This document shows, piece after piece, positions 19,774 through 28,463 of a stretch of DNA of 64,000 nt. How positions within the stretch are numbered: position 1 is the stretch's first letter; every line of letters begins with the position of its first letter. Made by a program: the position numbers and the translations under genes. Source of the DNA: an uncultured Clostridium sp. (GTDB lineage: Bacteria; Bacillota; Clostridia; Christensenellales; CAG-138); assembly GCA_964612925.1 (NCBI GenBank), contig CAZTFU010000009.1:4806-68805 (forward strand), in the 5' to 3' direction. The notes under the pieces were generated by a model, which saw nothing but the letters and a program-made list of their open reading frames with translations, had not been told where the DNA came from and ran no database searches.

Positions 19774-20892
19774 TTACTTTGCGTCCGCACGGAATTTGCG
19801 TGTGGCCTTTGCAAGCATCTTTTCCATATTGGGCTTTATGGGTGTGCCCGCCGCAGTGGAGGGCGCATACTGCCACGGTGCACTGTGTACAAGCGGTTTT
19901 TCCGCTATGGGTTCGGGATAATTGTCGCATTCCGCAGTTATGTCATGCGGATAAACCATGTTATCGGCAAGGGCAAGTTCTGCGCATATGCTCTTGCCCA
20001 CATCGCTTTCCATCATGCCGCCTACCCAGCAGCCGACTCCCGCCTGTTTGCACATACGGTTTATTTCAAGCGAATTCGAAAGTCCGCCCACACGCGCAGG
20101 CTTTATGTTCACGAAGCCGCATGCGCCTATTTCAAGCGCCTGCCGTGTAATAAACGGATCGGTTATGCTTTCGTCAAGGCAAATGGGCGTATCTATCAGC
20201 TTTTGCAGCTTTGCATGGTCAATTATGTCCATGGGGCTGAAGGGCTGTTCTATCATGGCAAGACCGAATTTATCTATCTTGCGGAAAACATCCGCTTCGT
20301 CTATGGTATATGAGGAATTGCAGTCGATATGGAACACGTTATTCGGGAAAACCGAGCGAACGGCCTGCAGCATGTTTACATCCCAGCCGTGCATTGCTTT
20401 AAGCTTTACACGCTTTGCGCCGCTGTCTATGGCGCCGCCTATCTCGGCAATAAGCTCATCAAGCGTATCGCACACGCCAAAGCCCGCGCCCTCGTCAATC
20501 ACGGTGTTTTTGCTTTCGGGGCAGAGCAAAGTGTGGAGCGGCACGCCCTTTATATCCGCTTCAAGCGTCCACCACGCCATTTCAATGCCCGCCTTGGCAA
20601 AGGGATTGCCCTTTATATCCTTCATTGCGGTCATAACGTCTTCCGCTTTGTCAAACTCCTTGCCAAGCACCATCGGCGTAAGGAAGCGTGACGCAACATT
20701 AAACAATCCCTCGCCGTATTCATAGCAATATGTGGGGCCGGGCAACGGGCTTGATTCGCTCCACCCTTCATGTTCGCCCGAACGCAGGCAGGTCAAAAGC
20801 ACGGCGTTGCCGGCGTCCGCACCGTATGCCGTGCGCCACGGTTTATGGAATCTGTTTTCCACAAGGTAAAGTTCAACACTGTCAATCTTCAT
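19774..20892 (-). CDS. menC: OSBS/N-acyl(succinyl)amino acid racemase-like enolase-superfamily enzyme
   Basis: KLK, DCN, EQP, CLDES, NIKPARVGG, WVGGMMES motifs. Confidence 0.8.
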   Translation of the reverse strand: MKIDSVELYLVENRFHKPWRTAYGADAGNAVLLTCLRSGEHEGWSESSPLPGPTYCYEYGEGLFNVASRFLTPMVLGKEFDKAEDVMTAMKDIKGNPFAKAGIEMAWWTLEADIKGVPLHTLLCPESKNTVIDEGAGFGVCDTLDELIAEIGGAIDSGAKRVKLKAMHGWDVNMLQAVRSVFPNNVFHIDCNSSYTIDEADVFRKIDKFGLAMIEQPFSPMDIIDHAKLQKLIDTPICLDESITDPFITRQALEIGACGFVNIKPARVGGLSNSLEINRMCKQAGVGCWVGGMMESDVGKSICAELALADNMVYPHDITAECDNYPEPIAEKPLVHSAPWQYAPSTAAGTPIKPNMEKMLAKATRKFRADAK

Positions 20893-20923
20893 TTGTTATT
20901 TCCCCTTTCTTATGTGAAAAGAA

Positions 20924-22486
20924 TTATCGGCATTTTACGAACGGAATACGGGCTATGCGGGAACCGCTTATGTCAAGCCCCGTCACTTCGCCTTGTCCGT
21001 TATATACAAATTTCAGGAACGTGCTTCTCGGATATTCCGCGGCGAATTTGTTTTCGCCTATCTTATGCAGTCTTGTTTTGCCGCGGCGAAGGTGCTCAAT
21101 ATACAGTGCGCCGTTTTCTTCGGTTATTGTATAGAATGCTTCCACCTCGTCCCCGTAATAGCGGCCCGCAACACCATTCAGTTCTTCCGCATTAGGTGCG
21201 GAATCATCCGCCTTTACAAGAACGGCGTTATCCTCGCTGTCACGGTATGCGGCGCATTTTGTGCCGAGCAGATAATACGTTTCAAGCCTACCCTGCCTGT
21301 ACAGGTTGCCGCGCACATGTGTAAGCGGCGAAAGGCCGTATTTCTCACTGCGGAAAAGCTTGCCGTCACGTTCGACTATTTTAACAAGCGTTGCGCCCTG
21401 TTCCGCATAATAGAAGCCTGCGGCTTCATCAAGGCTCGGTTCTTCGCTTACTTCAAGCTCTGCTGCGGCATTTTGCGGCATATCAAGCATCAGCCGCATT
21501 ATTTTCCATGCAGCGGGACCCGTTGCAACGTTTTGCGTATTCGAAAGGATTATCACATCTATATCGTCATCGCTAAAGCGCATGGTTACCGTTCTGAATC
21601 CCGCATCCTCACCGACGTGCATAAGATAGCTGTGCCCTTCAAGCTTACCCGCCCAAAGGCCGCAGGCGTATGTTGTGGGAGCATTGTTTTCAAGAACGGG
21701 CACGGTGGTCATTTCGTCCACAACGCTTTTATCGCATATTATGTAATCGCGGTAGTTGCCCATCCACTTTGCAAGGTCACGCGCAGTGGTATTCAGTGCG
21801 GTTCCGCCGTAAAGGCTGTAATTCAGCGGGTCATAAAAATACTCCGTGCCATTATCTATATAGGATTTTGCTTTATTGGGTATACGCTTCCAGTATTTGT
21901 CGCACACAACGGTATTCGTCATGCCGAGCGGACGGAATATGCGCTCCTCGGCAAGGTGAGCAAAGTCTTTCCCCGTTACCTTTTCCGCTATAAGTGCAAG
22001 CAGGGCGAAATTCGTATTGCTGTATGAAAACTTCGTGCGCGGCACAAAATTGACATCCTTCTGCCTTGCGCAAAGGCGCATAACGTATTCCTGTGAGGTT
22101 ATATCGTCATTATCAACACCGTTAAGGTCCTGCAGGTCAAAGTAATCGCGTATGCCCGAATCATTATTCATAAGGTCACGCAAGCTCACCTTGGCTTCAA
22201 AGTTTATATATTCGCCCACATAGTTCCTTATGTCCGCATCAAGGTCAACAAGCCCTTCCCTGCTGAGGAGCATTACGAGCATTACCGTAAACTGTTTGGA
22301 CACGCTTGCCGCATGAAAAACCGTATCGCTGTTTATCAGCACGGAGCTTTCCATATCCGCATAGCCAAAGCAGCGTTCATACACCGTTTCTCCTCTTTGT
22401 CTTATAAGCACCTGTCCGCCGGGGCAGACCCCGCTCTGCCAAGGTGCAAATATTTCATCTATTTTTGCCGTAATGTTTTCCTTCAT
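20924..22486 (-). CDS. Beta-lactamase-like serine hydrolase (D-aminopeptidase type with C-terminal beta domains)
   Basis: SxxK (ASVSKQF), YSN, 'IFRPLGMTNT', HxG; GGAGAGG RBS before ATG 22486. Confidence 0.82.
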   Translation of the reverse strand: MKENITAKIDEIFAPWQSGVCPGGQVLIRQRGETVYERCFGYADMESSVLINSDTVFHAASVSKQFTVMLVMLLSREGLVDLDADIRNYVGEYINFEAKVSLRDLMNNDSGIRDYFDLQDLNGVDNDDITSQEYVMRLCARQKDVNFVPRTKFSYSNTNFALLALIAEKVTGKDFAHLAEERIFRPLGMTNTVVCDKYWKRIPNKAKSYIDNGTEYFYDPLNYSLYGGTALNTTARDLAKWMGNYRDYIICDKSVVDEMTTVPVLENNAPTTYACGLWAGKLEGHSYLMHVGEDAGFRTVTMRFSDDDIDVIILSNTQNVATGPAAWKIMRLMLDMPQNAAAELEVSEEPSLDEAAGFYYAEQGATLVKIVERDGKLFRSEKYGLSPLTHVRGNLYRQGRLETYYLLGTKCAAYRDSEDNAVLVKADDSAPNAEELNGVAGRYYGDEVEAFYTITEENGALYIEHLRRGKTRLHKIGENKFAAEYPRSTFLKFVYNGQGEVTGLDISGSRIARIPFVKCR

Positions 22487-22896
22487 CAATACGATTCCTC
22501 TCCGCCGCCCAACGCGGCCTTTTTGTGCGACATTCCACATACCGCAACTCGTGATTTAGTATACCAAATCAAATATAAAAGTCAACCGTTCGTAGTGCAT
22601 GGGGTTCCATTTTCGTCATTTACAATATATAATATATCAGCAACGATATTCAGCGGGAGGAATGCCGTATTTATGTTTAACGGTATGCGTAGTCGTATAA
22701 GCCTTGGCGCGAATGTGCTTTACCGCATCTGTACAATGCCCCTTGAGGCCGCCGTTGACACTGGGCTTTTTGGGGCTTTGCCGCACTGTAGGTATGCCGT
22801 TATACCATTCCCGACTGCCGATTCACAATAGTCGCTGGGGCGTTGCATGCTTAAATCACTGTGCGGCAGTATGTTGACAATATTGATTTATCGTTA

Positions 22897-22925
22897 TTGA
22901 CTGCCGGGTTTTGTTTTATTATAAT
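22897..22925 (+). promoter_or_regulatory. sigmaA promoter for tRNA-Leu
   Basis: TTGACT-17 nt-TATAAT, 10 nt upstream of the tRNA. Confidence 0.7.
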
Positions 22926-22935
22926 GTCAGTGGAT

Positions 22936-23018
22936 GCGGCTGTGGTGGAACGGCATACACAGCAGACTTAAAATCTGCCGGCGAAAGCTTGCGAGTTCAA
23001 ATCTCGCCAGCCGCACCA
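22936..23018 (+). tRNA. tRNA-Leu (anticodon TAA)
   Basis: GCGGCTG acceptor stem paired with CAGCCGC-ACCA; anticodon arm gcaga-ctTAAaa-tctgc; long variable arm; T-loop gttcaaat. Confidence 0.95.
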
Positions 23019-23023
23019 AAGCA

Positions 23024-23050
23024 AAAAGCAGCGAGTCGAGCTGCTTTTTG
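23024..23050 (+). terminator. Intrinsic terminator after tRNA-Leu
   Basis: aaaagcagc-gagtcga-gctgcttttt. Confidence 0.65.
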
Positions 23051-23090
23051 CGTATATTGAGATCAGCAATATAATCAAGGAGGAAATACA

Positions 23091-24029
23091 ATGTCTGACG
23101 TTTATACATCCATAGATCAATTGGTGGGCAATACGCCGCTGTTGGAACTCAAAAATATCGAAAAAAGCCTTGGGTTGAATGCAAGGCTTATTGCAAAGCT
23201 TGAGCTTTTTAATCCTGCGGGTTCCGTAAAGGATCGCGTTGCATTGGCCATATTAAACGATGCCGAAGCACGCGGCATACTGAATGCGGATTCCACCATA
23301 ATAGAGCCTACATCGGGCAATACGGGCATCGGCCTTGCGGCGATTGCCGCATCGCGCGGGTATAAGCTTATAATCGTCATGCCCGATAACATGTCCGTAG
23401 AGCGCATAAAAGTGATGAAAGCCTACGGTGCAAGGCTTGTTTTAAGCCCCGGCGTAAAAGGCATGGCAGGGGCAATAGAGCTTGCGGAAAAGCTTAACGG
23501 CGAAATACCGAACAGCTTCATTGCGGGACAGTTTACCAATCCCGCTAATCCGCGCGCCCATTACGAAACCACGGGACCCGAAATATACAATGCTGCCGAC
23601 GGTAAGCTTGACTTCTTTGTCGCGGGCGTGGGCACGGGCGGTACAATATCGGGTACAGGCGAATATTTGAAACAGCGGAACCCTTCAATAAAAGTAATAG
23701 CGGTTGAACCCGCCTCCTCTCCCGTGCTTTCGCTTGGCAGGGGTGGCGCGCACGGCATACAGGGTATAGGGGCGGGCTTTGTGCCGAAAACGCTCAACAC
23801 CGCCATATATGATGAGGTTCTTTCCGTAAGCGATGAGGCCGCGTTTGAATACAGTCGCATGATGGGCGCAAGGGAAGGCATACTTGTTGGCATATCCTCG
23901 GGCGCCGCGCTTGCGGCCGCAGTCAAGCTGGCGCAAAGGAGCGAAAACGAGAGCAAAACCATTGTTGTGCTTATGCCCGACGCTGGTGACAGATATCTTT
24001 CAACGGAGCTTTTTAACTATGAAAACTGA
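23091..24029 (+). CDS. cysK: Cysteine synthase A
   Basis: NPAGSVKDR, EPTSGNTG, GVGTGGT, HGIQGIGAG. Confidence 0.95.
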   Translation: MSDVYTSIDQLVGNTPLLELKNIEKSLGLNARLIAKLELFNPAGSVKDRVALAILNDAEARGILNADSTIIEPTSGNTGIGLAAIAASRGYKLIIVMPDNMSVERIKVMKAYGARLVLSPGVKGMAGAIELAEKLNGEIPNSFIAGQFTNPANPRAHYETTGPEIYNAADGKLDFFVAGVGTGGTISGTGEYLKQRNPSIKVIAVEPASSPVLSLGRGGAHGIQGIGAGFVPKTLNTAIYDEVLSVSDEAAFEYSRMMGAREGILVGISSGAALAAAVKLAQRSENESKTIVVLMPDAGDRYLSTELFNYEN

Positions 24030-24807
24030 TATGCGTACATCCTTAAAAACATATTCCAACCTTAAAAGCGATATGGAGGAATTCATAACACTTTCACGAA
24101 TAGTGCTTTACCCCGAGGTTTTTGCACTTGACCCGGGAGAACTACGCGAGCAGGCAAGCGCATACCGTATGCGCGCACTCCTTATGGATATTCTCAGCAG
24201 CGTTTGCTGCGGCGAAACGGATTGTGAAAAAGCTGCTGATGAGCTTTTTGCAAGGCTTCCTCACATTAAGGCCATGCTTGAAACCGACATTCAGGTGGCA
24301 TATGAAGGCGACCCGGCCGCAAGAAGCCGCGAGGAGATAATGCTTGCATACCCCGCATTTGAAGCCATAAGCACATTCCGCATAGCGCACGAGCTTTATA
24401 CTTTGAACATTCCTCTGCTGCCGCGCATGATGACGGAACATGCCCATTCACTTACGGGCATAGACATTCACCCCGGTGCCGAGATAGGCAGTCATTTCTT
24501 TATAGACCACGGTACCGGCGTTGTAATAGGTGAAACCACGGTAATAGGCGAACACGTTAAGCTGTACCAAGGTGTTACACTTGGGGCAAGGAGTTTTGAG
24601 GTAGGTGCCGACGGCGCATTGGTAAAGGGAAACAAGCGGCACCCGAATATAGGTAATAATGTTGTTATATACGCAGGTGCAACAATACTCGGCGGAGATG
24701 TGTATATAGGCGATAACTGCATAATAGGCGGCAACGTTTGGCTTACGCAATCGGTTGAGGCGGGTAAAACCGTTGTTGCCGCACACGCTGAGGTTTCCAC
24801 AAGATAA
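24019..24807 (+). CDS. cysE: Serine O-acetyltransferase (EpsC/CysE type)
   Basis: GDPAA, GIDIHPGA, DHGTGVVIGET, KRHP; overlaps the cysK stop. Confidence 0.92.
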   Translation: MKTDMRTSLKTYSNLKSDMEEFITLSRIVLYPEVFALDPGELREQASAYRMRALLMDILSSVCCGETDCEKAADELFARLPHIKAMLETDIQVAYEGDPAARSREEIMLAYPAFEAISTFRIAHELYTLNIPLLPRMMTEHAHSLTGIDIHPGAEIGSHFFIDHGTGVVIGETTVIGEHVKLYQGVTLGARSFEVGADGALVKGNKRHPNIGNNVVIYAGATILGGDVYIGDNCIIGGNVWLTQSVEAGKTVVAAHAEVSTR

Positions 24808-24845
24808 AACGGCATACAGTTAAGCAAAGAGCGCATGAAGTTCAT

Positions 24846-25047
24846 CTACCGAGCATGTCGAAAATGCGGGGTTGTTAAGGGGCGGCAACCCCTTAATTCA
24901 ATTCCGGCTTTGACGACATGTGCGTCAAAACGGATGAAAACCAATAGGTTTTCGTACTTTGCGAGTTTTGTCGCCCGGGAACGAATGTGAGAGACAAAAC
25001 TCGAGAAAACTCGAAAAAGTGGCAAATTGCCACTTTTTCGAGTCTCT
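24846..25047. mobile_element. ~200-bp non-coding hairpin-rich miniature element inserted in the cysE terminator with 17-bp direct repeat
   Basis: gagcgcatgaagttcat at 24829-24845 and 25048-25064; imperfect ends gagcatgtcgaaaa / ttttcgagtctc. Confidence 0.7.
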
Positions 25048-25193
25048 GAGCGCATGAAGTTCATGCGCTCTTTATTTTTCCCCCCCCGTTTCCCGCCAAC
25101 GAGTAAAAATAACTATATTGATGATAATACACTACTTTTGATGTAAAGTCAATACATCTTATTTGATGTGAGTAGAATAGATGCAGACTGATT

Positions 25194-25451
25194 TTGGCGG
25201 TGATTGAAATAAACAAATGCTGTGAAAGAATACGCAGTCTGCGCGAGGATCGTGACCTTACGCAAGCATATGTGGCAAATCTGCTCGGCACCACACAGCA
25301 GGTGTATTCAAGATACGAAAACGGCGTTAACGATATTCCTTTGCGCCATATAATAGTTCTGTGTAAATTTTATAACGTCAGTGCGGATTACGTCTTGGGG
25401 CTCAGCAACGATGAGATACCTATAGGCGGCAAGGTCGCCGCCAAGAGATAA
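25194..25451 (+). CDS. XRE-family HTH regulator
   Basis: 'RIRSLREDRDLTQAYVANLLGTTQQVYSRYENG...FYNVSADYVLG'. Confidence 0.85.
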   Translation: MAVIEINKCCERIRSLREDRDLTQAYVANLLGTTQQVYSRYENGVNDIPLRHIIVLCKFYNVSADYVLGLSNDEIPIGGKVAAKR

Positions 25452-25663
25452 TTCCCATATTTCAAAACTTTACCCCGCCGCGGCAGGCAAAGCAATGCCT
25501 TCTGCGGCGATTTTTATAATAGATTTAACACTGTTCATATTCAGAAGAATGCTATCATAAAATAAAACTTGGCACATATTCACCGCGCATCGCGCTTTTG
25601 CATATGCTGTTACAAAGGGGCAACAAATGCCCCGCCCAAATCCTATTAAGGAGGAAACAAACA

Positions 25664-25909
25664 GTGTTATGTAACCAATGCACCGGATGCGCCATGGCCG
25701 CAAATGCCGTTTCGAGTGATTTCGGAGAATGCAGTGGCGGCGTAATTGCCGCAGGTACGGTTTGCACCAGTGAAATATGCGGTGCTTTCAACATGCAGAT
25801 CGGCTCGGATCTTGCCAAAATAAGCTTTCCCATTCAGGAATACAATGAAGGCTTTTGCCCATGCGAAGCCCTTGAGCAGGGGACAATGTTCCCGGAGCTT
25901 GTGCAGTGA
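25664..25909 (+). CDS. cotJA: Spore coat-associated protein CotJA
   Basis: AAGGAGG RBS + GTG; 'LAKISFPIQEY...EALEQGTMFPEL'. Confidence 0.8.
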   Translation: MLCNQCTGCAMAANAVSSDFGECSGGVIAAGTVCTSEICGAFNMQIGSDLAKISFPIQEYNEGFCPCEALEQGTMFPELVQ

Positions 25910-25925
25910 AAGGAGGATTTTCATA

Positions 25926-26171
25926 ATGGATGCCACTCAAACCGCACTTATCTACCGCATAAGTCAATATAGGTTCATGTGTGTTGAGCTTAATCTGTAC
26001 TTGGACACACATCCAAGCGATGAGAACGCACGCGCCGATTATCAATGCTATGCGCGGCGTCTTTCACAGCTTATAGACCAATATGAAAACGAATACGGGC
26101 CACTGCTCAATTTTGGTCAATCATCAAGCGACAAGGGCTGCTATGTAATGTCCCAATGGCCCTGGGAATAA
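25926..26171 (+). CDS. cotJB: Spore coat protein CotJB
   Basis: 'ELNLYLDTHP...YENEYGPL...WPWE'. Confidence 0.9.
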   Translation: MDATQTALIYRISQYRFMCVELNLYLDTHPSDENARADYQCYARRLSQLIDQYENEYGPLLNFGQSSSDKGCYVMSQWPWE

Positions 26172-26183
26172 GGAGGAACGGAT

Positions 26184-26789
26184 ATGTGGATATATACAAA
26201 ACAGCTTGAATACCCCGTTAACATAACCTCGCCCGACCCGCGTATGGCAAAGCTGCTAATGGCCCAATACGGCGGGCCCGACAGCGAGCTTGGTGCGGGA
26301 TTGAGATACCTTACACAGCGTTTCACCATGCCCGATGACCGCTGCCGCGCAACGCTAAATGACATAGGCACCGAGGAGCTTGCCCATTGGGAAATGCTCG
26401 GAACAATGATATACCAGTGTCTGCGTGGGGCAAGCTATGCCCAGATAGAAGAAGTGGGTATGGCGGGATACTACACCATGCACAGCCGCGGTGTGTTCCC
26501 CGCCGACCCGAACGGTGTACCGTTCACCGCAGCATATATCGCTTGTACGGGCGATCCGATTGCAGACCTTGTTGAGGACCTTGCGGCAGAGCAAAAGGCG
26601 CGTGCAACGTATGAACACCTTATGACGCTTACGGACGATAAAAGCGTACTCGATCCGCTTAATTTCTTGAGGGAAAGAGAAATCGTGCATTATCAGCGTT
26701 TCGGTGAATGCCTTGAAATAGTGCAAAACATGCAGTCCGGCGCGACGCGAAGAACATTTTCCGCATCAATGCGCGGCTGTACGCGCTAA
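26184..26789 (+). CDS. cotJC: Manganese catalase family spore coat protein CotJC
   Basis: 'MWIYTKQLEYPV', QYGGPDSE, DIGTEELAH, EDLAAEQKAR, REIVHYQRF. Confidence 0.93.
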   Translation: MWIYTKQLEYPVNITSPDPRMAKLLMAQYGGPDSELGAGLRYLTQRFTMPDDRCRATLNDIGTEELAHWEMLGTMIYQCLRGASYAQIEEVGMAGYYTMHSRGVFPADPNGVPFTAAYIACTGDPIADLVEDLAAEQKARATYEHLMTLTDDKSVLDPLNFLREREIVHYQRFGECLEIVQNMQSGATRRTFSASMRGCTR

Positions 26790-26803
26790 ATTGTCACCGT
26801 TGA

Positions 26804-26832
26804 TTGACACGGGCACATTGCCGCTGTATAAT
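26804..26832 (+). promoter_or_regulatory. Consensus sigmaA promoter of scfA
   Basis: TTGACA-17 nt-TATAAT. Confidence 0.75.
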
Positions 26833-26862
26833 ATATGTAGATAGTTATGCACGGAGGTACAT

Positions 26863-27012
26863 ATGAAGCATATAAACACCATCAAGACCCGTAATCTTTG
26901 TGAAAGTGCCAAGAACGGCGGCTGCGGCGAATGCCAGACTTCCTGCCAGTCTGCTTGCAAGACCAGCTGTGGCATTGCCAATCAGGCCTGCGAGAAGAAG
27001 GAAGAAAAATAA
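26863..27012 (+). CDS. scfA: Six-cysteine ranthipeptide precursor SCIFF (49 aa; below ORF-track cutoff)
   Basis: GGAGG RBS; MKHINTIKTRNLCESAKNGGCGECQTSCQSACKTSCGIANQACEKKEEK. Confidence 0.95.
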   Translation: MKHINTIKTRNLCESAKNGGCGECQTSCQSACKTSCGIANQACEKKEEK

Positions 27013-27034
27013 TTTCGGGTTAAGTAACCTAACC

Positions 27035-27061
27035 GTGCCGCCCATATAGGGCGGCATTTTT
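27035..27061 (+). terminator. Hairpin/partial terminator between scfA and scfB
   Basis: gtgccgccc-atata-gggcggcattttt. Confidence 0.65.
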
Positions 27062-27086
27062 ACAGTTGTTCAAAAAGGGAAAGCAA

Positions 27087-28463
27087 ATGATCCATCAATA
27101 TAAACTCGGCGGTTATAATATAGTGCTTGACGTATGCTCCGGTGCGGTACACGCAGTGGACGAATTGGCTTATGACCTGATAGCTATGTTTGAAAGCACC
27201 GATAAGGAAGAGGCAATAGCCGCCATTTCAAAAAAGTACCCTGCCGAATCCGTTGCAGACATCACGGAATGTTATGAGCAGATCGCCGCGCTGAAGCAAA
27301 ACGGTGAGCTTTTTGTTGAAGATACGTTTGAGCCCATGGCGGGTGCATTAAAGGCAAAAACCTCAGGCGTTATAAAGGCATTGTGTCTGCACGTTGCGCA
27401 CAGCTGCAACCTTAATTGCTCATACTGCTTTGCAAGTCAGGGCAAGTACCACGGCGAATGCGCAATTATGAGCTACGATGTCGGCAAGCGCGCACTCGAC
27501 TTTCTTGTTGAAAACTCGGGCACGCGCCACAACCTTGAGGTTGACTTCTTCGGCGGTGAGCCGCTTATGAATTTTGATGTTGTAAAGCAGCTTGTATCAT
27601 ATGCGCGCAGTATTGAAAAAGAGAAGGGCAAGCATTTCCGCTTTACGCTTACAACAAACGGTATGCTTATCGATGATGATGTTATCGATTTCGCAAACAA
27701 TGAAATGAGCAACGTGGTGCTCAGCCTTGACGGCCGCAAGGAGATTCACGACCGATACCGTGTTGACTATGCGGGCAACGGAAGCTGGGATAGAATAGTT
27801 CCGAAATTTCAAAAGCTTGTTAAGGCGCGTGGCGGCGAGAATTACTACATGCGCGGCACTTTTACACACGCAAACCCCGATTTTCTTGAAGATATACGCA
27901 CAATGCTCGACCTTGGATTCAATGAGTTGAGCATGGAGCCTGTTGTTACGGCACAAAACGACCCTTCCGTCCTGACGGAGGAGGACAGGCAAATCGTAAT
28001 GCAGCAATACGAAAAGCTGGCCTATCTTATGCTTGAACGTGACGCCGATGGCAAACCCTTTACATTCTATCATTATATGATAGACCTTGGCGGCGGTCCC
28101 TGCATATACAAGCGCATTTCGGGTTGCGGATCGGGCACGGAATATATGGCCGTAACGCCGTGGGGAGATCTTTATCCCTGTCACCAGTTCGTAGGGGATG
28201 AAAAATTCAGGCTCGGTGACATATGGAACGGCGTAACCGCCCCCGAAGTGCAGAATGAATTTGCCTGTTGCAACGTATATGCACGGGAAGAATGTAAGGA
28301 TTGTTGGGCAAGACTTTATTGTTCCGGCGGATGCGCGGCCAATGCTTATCATGCTACGGGCTCCGTGCGCGGAGTTTACAGCGCGGGCTGTGAGCTTTTC
28401 AAAAAACGCATGGAATGTGCCATTATGGTAGCAGTGGCGCGGGAGCTTGGCAAGCAGGAATGA
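27087..28463 (+). CDS. scfB: SCIFF radical SAM/SPASM thioether-forming maturase
   Basis: CNLNCSYC radical SAM motif; FFGGEP; SPASM CGSG...YPCHQF...CKDCWARLYCSGGC; adjacent to scfA. Confidence 0.95.
   Translation: MIHQYKLGGYNIVLDVCSGAVHAVDELAYDLIAMFESTDKEEAIAAISKKYPAESVADITECYEQIAALKQNGELFVEDTFEPMAGALKAKTSGVIKALCLHVAHSCNLNCSYCFASQGKYHGECAIMSYDVGKRALDFLVENSGTRHNLEVDFFGGEPLMNFDVVKQLVSYARSIEKEKGKHFRFTLTTNGMLIDDDVIDFANNEMSNVVLSLDGRKEIHDRYRVDYAGNGSWDRIVPKFQKLVKARGGENYYMRGTFTHANPDFLEDIRTMLDLGFNELSMEPVVTAQNDPSVLTEEDRQIVMQQYEKLAYLMLERDADGKPFTFYHYMIDLGGGPCIYKRISGCGSGTEYMAVTPWGDLYPCHQFVGDEKFRLGDIWNGVTAPEVQNEFACCNVYAREECKDCWARLYCSGGCAANAYHATGSVRGVYSAGCELFKKRMECAIMVAVARELGKQE

Noticed and set aside
24846-25294. 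ORFs 24492-24845, 24846-25064 and 25061-25294 on the minus strand
   Set aside because: The two MNFMRS starts come from the 17-bp duplication, and the third is antisense to the XRE gene.
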